From IMG/VR virus record IMGVR_UViG_3300033076_000454, positions 1 through 37,766 of that record: a DNA stretch of 37,766 nucleotides; one strand, given 5' to 3'. The translations under genes and the position numbers were made by a program. Below are positions 29,301 through 35,481 of this stretch, piece after piece (the stretch's first letter is position 1; the number at the start of each line of letters is the position of its first letter). The DNA comes from a virus. Lineage: Duplodnaviria; Caudoviricetes. The notes under the pieces are model-generated. The model saw only the letters and a program-made list of their open reading frames with translations. It searched no databases and was not told where the DNA came from.

Positions 29301-31569
29301 TCCAGAAGAACTAGTTAACGGTGCAGAATACGATACACTAGATTTCCGTGTATATACTCGCCCAGGCTCCGATTGGCAATTTGACGGTCATGGATTCCAG
29401 ATTGGCAGCATACGCTACGAATTTGATCCTTTTGTCACCGGCACTTATAGCTGGGCAGGCGTAGTTGATCACCCAACAGAAATAATTGTAAGTAATCAAA
29501 CCACTGGTTTAGATTTAACTAAAGACACTGATTACATAATTGATTGGGTAAATCAAACAATTGACATACTAGATAATGCAACTGCCGGGGATATTTTAAA
29601 CATATCTGTTTATGAAGTAGGCGGTGGTAGCCAATTGTACAGACAAAATTATACAGGTGCCGAAATTGACAACGAAATTGTTGTGCCTGTTAACGCCGCA
29701 GAAATTAGTAATGTAGCAACATTTGTCAACGGACAATATTACGATTCTTTATCTTGGGAAGCGTACACTGAATCTACAACCTGGAATATTTTAAATGCCT
29801 ACAATAAACTAGACATTGTTAATAATGCTGGGGATTATTACAGAGCGTTGCAAGATGTACCAGCAGGCACTAACATTACCAATACTGCATATTGGTTTGA
29901 ATTTGTTCCTACATTACAAACTAAAGTCACATTTGACTCTAGCTTTGGACCAACCGACGGCATTTCTATTGTAGTGTTAGGTGTATCTAGCCCAGTTAGC
30001 TATAGCTGGAGTACTCCACAAACACAATACTTTGTAGCAGACGAAACAATTGTTAATAATCACATTTTAACAATAACAAACAGCTTACAAGGAACCAATC
30101 CTGCTAACTTAGTAGTGACTCGCAACGGTCGTCGCTTGCAGCCGGCAGAAGGTATTGAATGGATTGGCGATGACTCTAGTGTAAGTTTTGGTTTGCCACA
30201 ACGCGGTGGATACGAACAAAGCATTATTAATGCCCCCGCTGATGTATCTGTATGGGTGGATAATGTGCTACAAACACAAAGCGTTGGTTCAATTGTTGGC
30301 GATTATGGTGTCACAAACTGGGACGGAAGCAATACTCCTGGACGCCAGGTGGTATTCGCTACACCACCTGCTGCTGGCGCTCGTATCTTGATTAGTGTTT
30401 CGACAATTGCAGAATATGTTGTAATTAATGATCAAGTACAGATAATTCCAAACTTCAACCTTGGTGATGTGTTTGCAGTTACATCATGGAATGATACTGC
30501 TCAACAAAACATACTAACGTTAGTTTTTGCAGGCCCAATTGACACAGGTTTAACAGTCACCGAACCGTATGACAGCACTCCATATGATTCTGCAACAATC
30601 GACAATACTCCGGGCTCGTTTGATTACAGCCAAGGTACATCTATACCTATAAATGATTTTAACTTAGAGCGCGGCAATGTTGTGGCTGGAAGACTATGGG
30701 TCACACTCGACGGCTTAAGATTGTTTGAAGGGGAAGATTACACAGTAGAAGGCGATCAATTAATTCTTGCATCTGGTCCTATTGGTGGAAATCAAGTTTT
30801 AGTAGTCACTGAATTTACAAATTCTGTAGTTCCGGAAGCAATTGCATTCCGTATCTTCCAAGATATGCGAGGAGTGCAAGCAACTTATAGAATTACTGAA
30901 GCTACTACTACCGAACTAGCCCAGCCATTGTCAGCAACTGCCGATATTGCTTATGTTGTTGATGCTAGCAAATTAAGTGCTCCAGACTTACCAAATGGGG
31001 TATTTGGGTTAATTACCATCGACGGCGAAAGAATTATGTATCGCGAGCGTAATACTGCGCTGAATACTATAAGCGGCTTACGTAGAGGAACCGCTGGTAC
31101 TGGTACAGCAAGTCACGAAATTGGGGCTAGTGTATATGATATTAGCCGCGGTAATTTACTCCCAGAAGAGTTCCAAGACTATGTTGTAAAAGACACTAGT
31201 GTTGCAGACGGATCAACCACAGTATTCTATGCACCAAATATTAGCACATCTGATTTTGGGGATTCGAGTACAATTTATGTTGAAAGCATCGAAGTTTACG
31301 TGGGTGGCGAGAGACAGTATAACTATGCTGATACCACAGCAACTAGCCAATATCGTTGGATTGCAACTGACTTTAATCCGCTAGCTATTGAGTTTATCGT
31401 TGACGATACAGTATACCCACCGCTAGCAACTCCGCCCGATGGTGTAGAAGTCACTATACTACAACGCCGCGGTGTGACCTGGTATGCACCCGGCAACGGA
31501 ACTCCATCAGACGGCGTTGCTTTACAAGAAACTGAGACCCGTGCTGCAAGGTTCTTGCGTGGTTTATAA
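17335..31569 (+). CDS. Giant (4744 aa) baseplate/virion structural protein at the gp7 position, with FG-GAP propeller, CBM5/12-like and Ig-like repeats
   Basis: Uninterrupted 14.2-kb ORF, TAATG-coupled to gp6. N-terminal FLPEIFQT..N..FL and later YIQEVKPYH are wedge-like. Contains seven FG-GAP-like repeats, three W-x5-Y-x4-V modules and many V..(D/N)G...G.DY repeats. Confidence 0.8.
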   Translation: MARVRSVDFLPEIFQTDTNKQFLAATLDQLVQEPKFKKTQGFIGRTVGPGVNPNDKYVIEPNKVRADYQLEPGVISLVPDTNTIKNAITYPGINDAIGFQGGNQTRPDRLYSSEFYTWDPFVDFDTFVNFSQYFWLPGGPDAVDVSATGIPASDNFVVDRANGVYTFSGISGDDPVIELVRGGSYTFQVAQNEKETVNYRVQNAGTSAYKIDQQTNPTLTLARGNTYVFNLNLNGVYPFWIKNALTLGTGDAYNSGVIRNGSATGLVTFTVPQDAPDTLYYVSENQINLRGQLNIVNGTPGTGPGFWIQSTPGIAGVVESTPNISNRNVYGVENNGEDLGTITFNVPQKDAQSFYYNLPSIGTVDILTALHFDQINNQPLDDIIANYGGLDGITTLNNKTIVFSTTTDDPVAGGWIRTSLVDSSTSVIPFNERYQIYQISYVVYNNITYLVLNQVASIAIQDKFTIRYGAQYSNTGWYKDDQGYLTQIPLLTAVQDVLYYQDGTDPEIFGRFLLIDQTENSTLRIDNILGKKSYTSPNGVTFTNGLKVLFRGDVEPASYANNEYYVSGVGTAIELLPVANYVCPESYVVDASDSALFTEPSDLDYLTISRASKDLNAWTRSNRWFHIDVINATAEYNHTVAVLDNAYRAKRPIIQFRPGVRLWNMGTEGKQPVDIIDFEETDAFSNIEGSTGYSIDGYTFVEGTRVIFAADEDADVRDKIYVVSFVSPDTVNPLIDQPIINLTLASDGEVLADQSTVCLYGNTLKGLTFWYDGTQWAEAQLKTGIQQAPLFNVYDSTGISFGDQSKYQSSTFAGSKLFSYAIGDTNVLDPILQFPLQYLNINNVGDIVFENNLYKDTFLYVNDNVSVTSDISSGSAREYATRTVFERLIGWQTAATLSQIRQQFKFTYSNSTLKLDVKVASSDVNIPAIKLYVGSVFQDPSKYSYITTADSTTITLNETYAIGDIIEVAVLSEQTSQVGFYQVASNLESNPLNGNSDSFTLGTIRTHYQSICENLSTLTGTVNGANNSRDLGNIVPYGLIILQQSAPLTLAGYFLRSDEYNIFASLQYNSREYTKFKGQMLEAVTRQNIQYQSAGQILDTAIADITLGKIDTQPFYWSDMIPASEVFTNTEYTVSLISTNVFDTVQVYNYESANYLGMNVYLNDVLLTRGTDYIVATDGPRITILTTLAVGDVIRLQEYNATYSTFVPNTPTKLGLYPAWRPEIITQKTSNGDELAIIGHDGSITKAFNDIRDQVLLEFETRIYNNLKLDGNPVPLTITDVLPGQFRDTGYTFEEINNIFATDFLSYCGWNKLDYKTQTYSASNEFSWNYSSAQNKLNNENLLGAWRGINRYFYDTQQPQRTPWEMLGFSEEPAWWEELYGAAPYTKDNLVLWDDLEAGYVADPAGPYYRPEYARPGLSNVIPTGDEGQLLSPFDSVVGNYNNQLWQKSWSVGDGGPVEASWWNSSSYPFSVMHVLAVTRPAKFFALFADRDLYRYNDEFNQYLYNNRYRLDANGVEVYGNGLSKASYINWIVDYNRQSGINSTDTLTADLANLDVRLCYRMASFSDKQYIKLFTEKSSPNSTNTTLMIPDESYNLLLYKNQAFDRSSYSSVVIQQVSGGYAVFGYSTTQPYFNVLASRAAGKQQTISTAGITVRVPTLYTDNVVQIPYGYIFANETGVVDFLLSYGKFLERQGLEFTNITNGYVLTWEQMSQEFLYWSQQGWSENALINLNPLAFKLSVTKPQAVVDSIRAQTSEDVLLDQNRRELPTRNLNITRINNTFTVEPLTDQSLSFIDLRYTSYEHMIVLNNQSVFGDLIYQPTTGARQSRLSLVAVTTTDWNGQVDAQGFILNRDNVEEWTGLRTYAKGEIVKYKNVYWSALTIVQPSTSFDYNVWTQSDYTQIELGLLPNIANKANQLANSYNINEANIENDNDLLSYGLIGFRPRQYMAALNLDDISQVNVYRQFLDSKGTILSAELFSQANLGKESGDYQIYENWAVQRAVYGANANRSFVELRLDRSFLNPNPSLVQVVLPQQESQADQQILFSDIWRQSYRLTSPNFLPTTTTVPTDTALPSAGYVNIDDVDITVFDINDPSSLSANINNIDVGTAIWVAKVNSYDWNIYRAQQVPGQIQHVCDNLNGTSRVIFSAHHGLSVGDKLIIRFFDTEVNGVYEVLAVPDLNTVNIAFTFRAGRVVVNGTGIGLTLQTMRVAQASDIINLPYVNDILPGAKVWVDNNGSGNWEVLEKSNVFSEVVELAPVLLDAGEQYGSAVAQATNRFAALVGSPRYNFGSGTAKGGVYVYVKSYSDQYTLVSPTATGDAILTLDATGVRGYGNAVDFGNQTWAVAGASASLGPASQANNGYACVIYKDPALGQPGVVPYAQWQLLTQPGTTTVSTPGAGEFGYSVVMSADERWMYIGAPGLNQVHAYGRVTWQDQFIKSRGDGETVSYDISSAIQIDAATQLKVTVDGKILILGTDYTVDGGFTTVTFTTAPALDTLIEIQRYSIFQLDSGTYYEVSQSATSGSGTNAEFTIVRVRGEIGQPGADKGTVGVTNGGSGYSIGDTITIAGSSFGGTNNATLTVTGVNAGAVTTFTIAYTPPSLATVFSLNEQFFTVNSIYSFSITVDGVLYRPNIDYTFNTGTTDITFVTVPAQGTVIIATAQSYFEYVDSITVAGLGGSDRFGQSISCTTDGRQLIVGAPYSTVDSELEAGSTYVFDRNVQKFIVSNASEDTYTVLGSITGPVSVILNNVFLTNETDGIVGANNTFSVSGNDITINATLAIGDTIEIETNQFAQLQQINQNVVAEFSNYGAATDICSYNCSLYVGEPQSSVQIFKGGAVERSVNQSRIYGTITATVANPTLDNGDTIRVNNIEVAVPNAPNQNVTGLAAAINAAVPNVDATVSTTGYLTISVKNSDAAPQFNKLQVAPGAVGDVFDALGFETFVYTQTITSPYPTALSGFGSSISVDDTATSLVIGAPRGTEYLETLWDNGTTIFDAGSTLFFSIIIQSGVAYLYDYLPSSSLSVDNPGMFVFGNQLTDSNIAPYDQFGTAVNYTSGVLMVGAPTNDAGDSAAAFGRVFVFENTNRTPAWSVIREQQPVVDVSLLNSVFLYDRITSSTTEFLDFFNPLQGKILGAARQNIDYIGAVDPASYNIGPVNIRGTTWGADYVGQVWWDISTVRFIDPNQDDIVYASRRWGQVFPGSSVDVYQWIVSPVPPVEYTGPGTPLDTLSYSINSSLSTSGTFVTEYYFWVKGLTTTATQLGKTLSIATVAQYIQDPKASGISYLAPINSSTIALYNSGDLIEASDTIINIEFDREYTNNNVHVEYELIAQDKADGFLSDNLYRKLQDSFCGIDTAGNLVPDPNLGPAERYGVQFRPRQSMFVDRFEALRNYLTRANNVLKLYPISESRTFTLLNSSEPEPGSNSGLWNLRVANLEILGFQDIYAVPLGYKYLVVSDSDNRGLWTIYTVESDTANLGGRILVLTRVQGYNTADYWSYINWYLPGYNSSTKVIVEVPNYSALATLNVMVGSSVKVTANAQGKWEIYLLTDTGWQRVGLQDGTIAFSAELWDYAIGRFGFDVEVFDAQYFDQEPVIETRKIIQAINEELFIDDLLIERNKAMVLMFNYVLSEFAAPEWLVKTSLIDVDHRIRELIPFQNYTRDNQEFVSDYIQEVKPYHVQVREFNLQYSGFDEYFGDTTDFDVPAYYNTTLEVPQYTSPILLPYAHSTPQATNTLSDASSTSTIWSKWPYSQWYNNHLLSIDSVSVVNQGTGYTEPPTIIFSGDATEAAEATAVINSLGQVVAINVINPGSGYLQTPTVIFDGGNGTGARAYAVMSNGLVRSFRTVIKYDRFQYQTAIETWNSSGTYENGTLVRYDDRVWRAENSDGSSANVGPTFNLEDWVPVPASELSGVDRTMGYYVAGANQPGLELPLLVDGVDYPGVQVFGDYFLGTLNLDADYQSSFTDQYLGTRFTDINVDGGEFIGPYEGHAPEELVNGAEYDTLDFRVYTRPGSDWQFDGHGFQIGSIRYEFDPFVTGTYSWAGVVDHPTEIIVSNQTTGLDLTKDTDYIIDWVNQTIDILDNATAGDILNISVYEVGGGSQLYRQNYTGAEIDNEIVVPVNAAEISNVATFVNGQYYDSLSWEAYTESTTWNILNAYNKLDIVNNAGDYYRALQDVPAGTNITNTAYWFEFVPTLQTKVTFDSSFGPTDGISIVVLGVSSPVSYSWSTPQTQYFVADETIVNNHILTITNSLQGTNPANLVVTRNGRRLQPAEGIEWIGDDSSVSFGLPQRGGYEQSIINAPADVSVWVDNVLQTQSVGSIVGDYGVTNWDGSNTPGRQVVFATPPAAGARILISVSTIAEYVVINDQVQIIPNFNLGDVFAVTSWNDTAQQNILTLVFAGPIDTGLTVTEPYDSTPYDSATIDNTPGSFDYSQGTSIPINDFNLERGNVVAGRLWVTLDGLRLFEGEDYTVEGDQLILASGPIGGNQVLVVTEFTNSVVPEAIAFRIFQDMRGVQATYRITEATTTELAQPLSATADIAYVVDASKLSAPDLPNGVFGLITIDGERIMYRERNTALNTISGLRRGTAGTGTASHEIGASVYDISRGNLLPEEFQDYVVKDTSVADGSTTVFYAPNISTSDFGDSSTIYVESIEVYVGGERQYNYADTTATSQYRWIATDFNPLAIEFIVDDTVYPPLATPPDGVEVTILQRRGVTWYAPGNGTPSDGVALQETETRAARFLRGL

Positions 31570-31580
31570 CAAGGTAAATA
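31559..31580 (+). promoter_or_regulatory. Putative late promoter (GTGGTT-N10-TAAATA)
   Basis: TAAATA at 31575-31580, just after the stop of the giant gene and 7 nt before the ATG at 31588. Confidence 0.55.
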
Positions 31581-31587
31581 AATGATC

Positions 31588-31737
31588 ATGTCAAATACAG
31601 TACCAAATTCGCTAAAAACAAGCAATACAGAGGCAAAACCACGCAAGCCTAACGAGCAAGGCACAATTTCTGTGCAAGCCCACATGCGTATTTTTGATCC
31701 AAAAACGCAGAAAACCTATGTGGAGGGCAGAGCATGA
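31588..31737 (+). CDS. Small hypothetical protein (49 aa), absent from the ORF track
   Basis: MSNTVPNSLKTSNTEAKPRKPNEQGTISVQAHMRIFDPKTQKTYVEGRA*. Fills the intergenic gap, overlaps the next gene by ATGA, and resembles that gene's N-terminus. Alternative start at 31582. Confidence 0.75.
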   Translation: MSNTVPNSLKTSNTEAKPRKPNEQGTISVQAHMRIFDPKTQKTYVEGRA

Positions 31738-32339
31738 TTACTCCTGGACTAGCTAAAATTACAGGGCACGTTAAAATACACGATCCTGCTAGCGGCGAAA
31801 TATTTTACAACGACCATAATGCTATTCACTACGAAAACATTTCTGTAGCTATGGCGCAAACTTTGAGCGATCGCGGACTTGGGTACATCTATCAAATGGC
31901 ATTTGGCAACGGCGGCAGCTCAGTGGACCCCACTGGTGTTATTACATATTTGCCCCCAAACACAACAGGTCAAAATGCTGACTTGTATAACCAAACTTAT
32001 GCAAAAGTAGTTGACGATAACTCTGCTGCTGACACAGATCCTGAGAACAATAAAATGACAGTTCTCCATACCGCAGGCAATGTTTATTCAGATATTCTAG
32101 TAACTTGTTTACTAGACTACGGTGAACCTCCGGAACAGCAAGCATTTGATAACTCAACTAATTTTAACGGTGAATTTGTATTTGATGAACTAGGACTTAA
32201 AGTATGGAACGGAAGTGCAGATAATCTGCGCTTAATTACACACGTAATTTTCCACCCTGTACAAAAGAGTTTGAACCGTCAGATTCAAATCGACTACACA
32301 TTGCGCATACAGACATTAAGCAACATTAATGCTGTATAA
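31734..32339 (+). CDS. Virion structural protein (baseplate / tail-fibre attachment-like)
   Basis: GHVKI.D...N.I...MAFGNGG...FDELGL...LITHVIFHPVQKS...QIDYT pattern of phage baseplate/fibre-collar proteins; position in the cluster. Confidence 0.6.
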   Translation: MITPGLAKITGHVKIHDPASGEIFYNDHNAIHYENISVAMAQTLSDRGLGYIYQMAFGNGGSSVDPTGVITYLPPNTTGQNADLYNQTYAKVVDDNSAADTDPENNKMTVLHTAGNVYSDILVTCLLDYGEPPEQQAFDNSTNFNGEFVFDELGLKVWNGSADNLRLITHVIFHPVQKSLNRQIQIDYTLRIQTLSNINAV

Positions 32340-32342
32340 ATA
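32335..32342 (+). promoter_or_regulatory. T4-consensus late promoter TATAAATA
   Basis: Exact TATAAATA overlapping the upstream stop codon, 29 nt before the tail-fibre ATG. Confidence 0.7.
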
Positions 32343-32371
32343 TAGAATAATATAGGAATAAGGCTCCCAAC

Positions 32372-34153
32372 ATGGCATATACAATCAATCTTACCGACGG
32401 CACCGTTTTTGCAACTATTGCTGACGGCACTGTTAACACATCAAGTAGCATGACGCTGGTAGGCAAAAACTATGCTGGCTACGGACAATTTCTTGACGAT
32501 AACTTTATACACTTGTTAGAAAACGGTTCTAATACCACTGCACCGAGTGCTCCATTAACTGGACAATTGTGGTGGGACAAAACCAACAACTTGCTTAAAG
32601 TTTATAACGGTACAACATTTAAAACAATTTCCGCAGCAACTTCTAGTTCAACTGCACCAACATCAAACGTCACAGGCGACTTATGGTACGATACAGTTAA
32701 CCAACAGTTAAAAGTTTGGACGGGCTCTGCGTTCTTGGTAGTCGGACCGGCCTACACCAGCTCAACTGGTACTGCTGGTGCTATTCCTGAAACCATTAAC
32801 GACTCTGGTGCAACTCCTCACTTTGTGACTAGTTTGTATGTTAATAACACTCGTGTTGCTATTGTTTCAAAGGATGCTAGCTTTACTCCAGCTGCACCAA
32901 CTAACACAACATTCCCAACCATCTATCCTGGTATCACATTAACCAACTCAGGATCTCCTGTGTTTGCTGGTTCTGCAACAAATGCACAAACGCTCGATAG
33001 TTTGGATTCTACAGACTTTATGCGAGCTACTGCTAACGCACAAACAACTGGCCAACTAAACGTTCTAAATAACGCAGGCTTATTTGTTGGTGCAGGTAAT
33101 GTTTTCAACGTAAACATTACTGGCAACGATGCCAACATCAAGAGCGCAATTAGCACAGGTAATTTAAATATCCAGGCTAACGTAGGCGGCACAACATATA
33201 CAGTTGCACAAGCACTTGGTGCAAGCGGCACATTTGCTGTTGCTAACGCACTTACAGTAGGAACTACAACAACCGTCACTGGTAATATCACCGGCGGCAA
33301 CGTTAACACTGGCGGCTTGGTGAGTGCAACTGGCAACATCCGTGGTGGCAACGTAATTTCCGTTGCTGCTATTTCTGGTGCGTCAGTTGTTGCCACAGGC
33401 AACGTAGATTCTGGTAATTTGCGCACCAGTGGTCTAGTAAGCGCAACTGGTAATATTACTTCAGCCGCCAACGTCGCTGGCACATATTTTATCGGTAATG
33501 GATCACAACTAACTGGTTTGAGCTTAGGTGTTTCTGTTACTAAATTTACAAACGGCACTTCAGAAGGCAACGTTGGCACACCAAATGGAAACATTAACTT
33601 CAACGTAGGCGGTGTAGCTAACGTTGTTGTTATCGACACAGGTACTTTATACACTGGTAATTTAAGCACAAGCAGTATTGCTAAAACAGGAACAAACGCT
33701 GTTGGTAATATTGGTTCTAGCTCTAACTACTTTAACCAAGTGTTTGCTACTGCTACTACTGCACTTTACGCTGACGTTGCAGAACGTTTCCATGCAGACG
33801 AAGCATTAGAGCCAGGTACTGTTGTTGAATTAGGCGGTTCCGCAGAAATCACACGTTCTCGCAATGATTTGAGCGAAAACGTATTCGGGGTCATAAGTAC
33901 TAAACCAGCCTACACTATGAACGGCGGTGCCGGAGAAGACGATACTCATCCCAAGGTCGCAATGACTGGTCGAGTTCCGGTAAAAGCTACGGGTTATATT
34001 AACAAAGGCGATAGATTGGTATCAGCAGGTAATGGATTTGCAAGAGCAGCTCTTCCTGGTGAAGCTACTGCATTTAACACTATTGGGCGAGCACTGGTTG
34101 ACAAGCGTACCCCAGAAGAAGGTACAATAGAAGCAATTGTGACTATTAAGTAA
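32372..34153 (+). CDS. Tail fibre protein with C-terminal intramolecular chaperone-like domain
   Basis: N-terminal LVGKNYAGYG..L..NF..LLEN, two G(Q/D)LW.D....LKV..G repeats, SATGNI.GGN repeats, and C-terminal YADVAE...PGTVV...GVIST.PA..MN...GRVPVK (peptidase G2/S74-type chaperone pattern). Confidence 0.8.
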   Translation: MAYTINLTDGTVFATIADGTVNTSSSMTLVGKNYAGYGQFLDDNFIHLLENGSNTTAPSAPLTGQLWWDKTNNLLKVYNGTTFKTISAATSSSTAPTSNVTGDLWYDTVNQQLKVWTGSAFLVVGPAYTSSTGTAGAIPETINDSGATPHFVTSLYVNNTRVAIVSKDASFTPAAPTNTTFPTIYPGITLTNSGSPVFAGSATNAQTLDSLDSTDFMRATANAQTTGQLNVLNNAGLFVGAGNVFNVNITGNDANIKSAISTGNLNIQANVGGTTYTVAQALGASGTFAVANALTVGTTTTVTGNITGGNVNTGGLVSATGNIRGGNVISVAAISGASVVATGNVDSGNLRTSGLVSATGNITSAANVAGTYFIGNGSQLTGLSLGVSVTKFTNGTSEGNVGTPNGNINFNVGGVANVVVIDTGTLYTGNLSTSSIAKTGTNAVGNIGSSSNYFNQVFATATTALYADVAERFHADEALEPGTVVELGGSAEITRSRNDLSENVFGVISTKPAYTMNGGAGEDDTHPKVAMTGRVPVKATGYINKGDRLVSAGNGFARAALPGEATAFNTIGRALVDKRTPEEGTIEAIVTIK

Positions 34154-34167
34154 ACAGGAATTAGATA

Positions 34168-35118
34168 ATGACATATTCAAGCGGCGGTTTAATCCAAGCC
34201 ACAGACTATAATGGTTTTGTTAGCACCAACTCAGGTGCTAACGTTAATGGCGTTTGGAATACCTTGTGGGGACAATCCGCATTGAGTACTGTTAGCACCA
34301 GTGGTACTGTCACAGCTACGCAATGGGCTTCTTTGGTGAATACTCTGGCGTCAATGGGTAGTCAAACAAACACTACAATTACAGCAAGAACTGCCCCAAC
34401 AACTGGCCAAACTATCGGTATTCTTTCTGCACTCAATACAGACTTAACAAACTGTACTACAAACGCAAGAAATGCAGCAGCAGTAGGATCTCAATTCACT
34501 GGTTGGTCTGGAACAAACTCAAATACTGCTGGTAAGTCTGGTGCAACTTGGACTATAACATTTACTAATACAGTCACTTGGGCTAGTTCCGCAGCAGCAA
34601 GTTATTTCTTTAATGCAGGCGGGCTTATTAAACTTGATGTTAGTAAAACCGCAACTGGTAATACCGGTGACCCGGAATGGAACGACTTAGCTAATACATT
34701 GTGCGGTGATATCTATATTTCAGGTGCAGCAGCATCCAAAACAATTGCTGGAACAGCATATACGGGTACTACCAAAATTGGAGGAACAGGAACACCTAAC
34801 GTTCTAAGTACCGCTACAGGCTGGGATTCATTAGTTGCTGGTGCAGCAGCGACAATTGTTTACAAGCAATTCGCAGACACTGCTCCGTACACAACCAATT
34901 ACATTCAACATGCAATTGCTAAAAACGCCGGTGGCGATACACTAACAATTACTACAACTTGGTATAATGGCGACAGCGATCCAATCTCAGGTGGTACAGC
35001 AGCTTCTGGTGCTACACCAGGTACTGGTGCTTGTACTATTTGTACCTATTTCCCACCTTCTACAACTTACTTGACTAACTCGTGGGGTTCGCCCACTGTT
35101 GCAGCTACAACAGTTTAA
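34168..35118 (+). CDS. Putative tail/virion structural protein
   Basis: Thr/Gly/Ala/Ser-rich; MTY..GGLIQATDYN, A.QW..L, YFFNAGG.I. AGGA Shine-Dalgarno. Last gene before the terminator. Confidence 0.6.
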   Translation: MTYSSGGLIQATDYNGFVSTNSGANVNGVWNTLWGQSALSTVSTSGTVTATQWASLVNTLASMGSQTNTTITARTAPTTGQTIGILSALNTDLTNCTTNARNAAAVGSQFTGWSGTNSNTAGKSGATWTITFTNTVTWASSAAASYFFNAGGLIKLDVSKTATGNTGDPEWNDLANTLCGDIYISGAAASKTIAGTAYTGTTKIGGTGTPNVLSTATGWDSLVAGAAATIVYKQFADTAPYTTNYIQHAIAKNAGGDTLTITTTWYNGDSDPISGGTAASGATPGTGACTICTYFPPSTTYLTNSWGSPTVAATTV

Positions 35119-35121
35119 TCA

Positions 35122-35150
35122 AAAGGGGCAATTGCCCCTTTACTTTTCTC
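35122..35150 (+). terminator. Intrinsic terminator (possibly bidirectional)
   Basis: Perfect palindrome AAAGGGGCAATTGCCCCTTT at 35122-35141, followed by ACTTTTCTC, 3 nt after the stop codon. Confidence 0.8.
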
Positions 35151-35167
35151 TCTACTTCCTTTATAAT
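35139..35167 (+). promoter_or_regulatory. sigma70-type promoter overlapping the terminator
   Basis: TTTACT(35139-35144)-N17-TATAAT(35162-35167), with the ATG 5 nt further on. Confidence 0.6.
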
Positions 35168-35172
35168 GTGTT

Positions 35173-35481
35173 ATGGATACTGAAGCCTTGATTGCACATT
35201 CGCGAGCCCGTTTTGATCACCAAACTGCCAAGCGTTTGTTAAAAGAAAAATATGAAGCCAAAATGCTATTCGCCCACGCCGGCGGAATGTGGCGTGCTGG
35301 TCCAGAACTGCAAGCAGTATTACTACAATGCAGTCCTGAAGACCCTGTGGTAATATTAGACTTGTATGATAACCCTATCAAAGTCAAAGCGCCAGAGTTG
35401 TTTGCTAAGTCGCATGCAATCTGGCAAGAACAAATGAACGCATGGTTGCTGGAATGGGAAAATCAAAACAAAAAGCGTTGA
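35173..35481 (+). CDS. Hypothetical protein
   Basis: 102-aa ORF with plausible composition and a promoter upstream; no motif recognised. Confidence 0.7.
   Translation: MDTEALIAHSRARFDHQTAKRLLKEKYEAKMLFAHAGGMWRAGPELQAVLLQCSPEDPVVILDLYDNPIKVKAPELFAKSHAIWQEQMNAWLLEWENQNKKR

Noticed and set aside
32923-33669. 248-aa antisense ORF
   Set aside because: Mirror of the Gly/Asn/Thr-rich tail-fibre codons, giving Pro/Val/Leu repeats; not an independent gene.
6530-35118. Bacterial eCIS/T6SS or prophage tail locus
   Set aside because: Linkage to gp55/gp47/gp46, T4-type late promoters and the absence of host genes point to a lytic T4-like phage. Sheath, tube and capsid genes are presumably outside the window.
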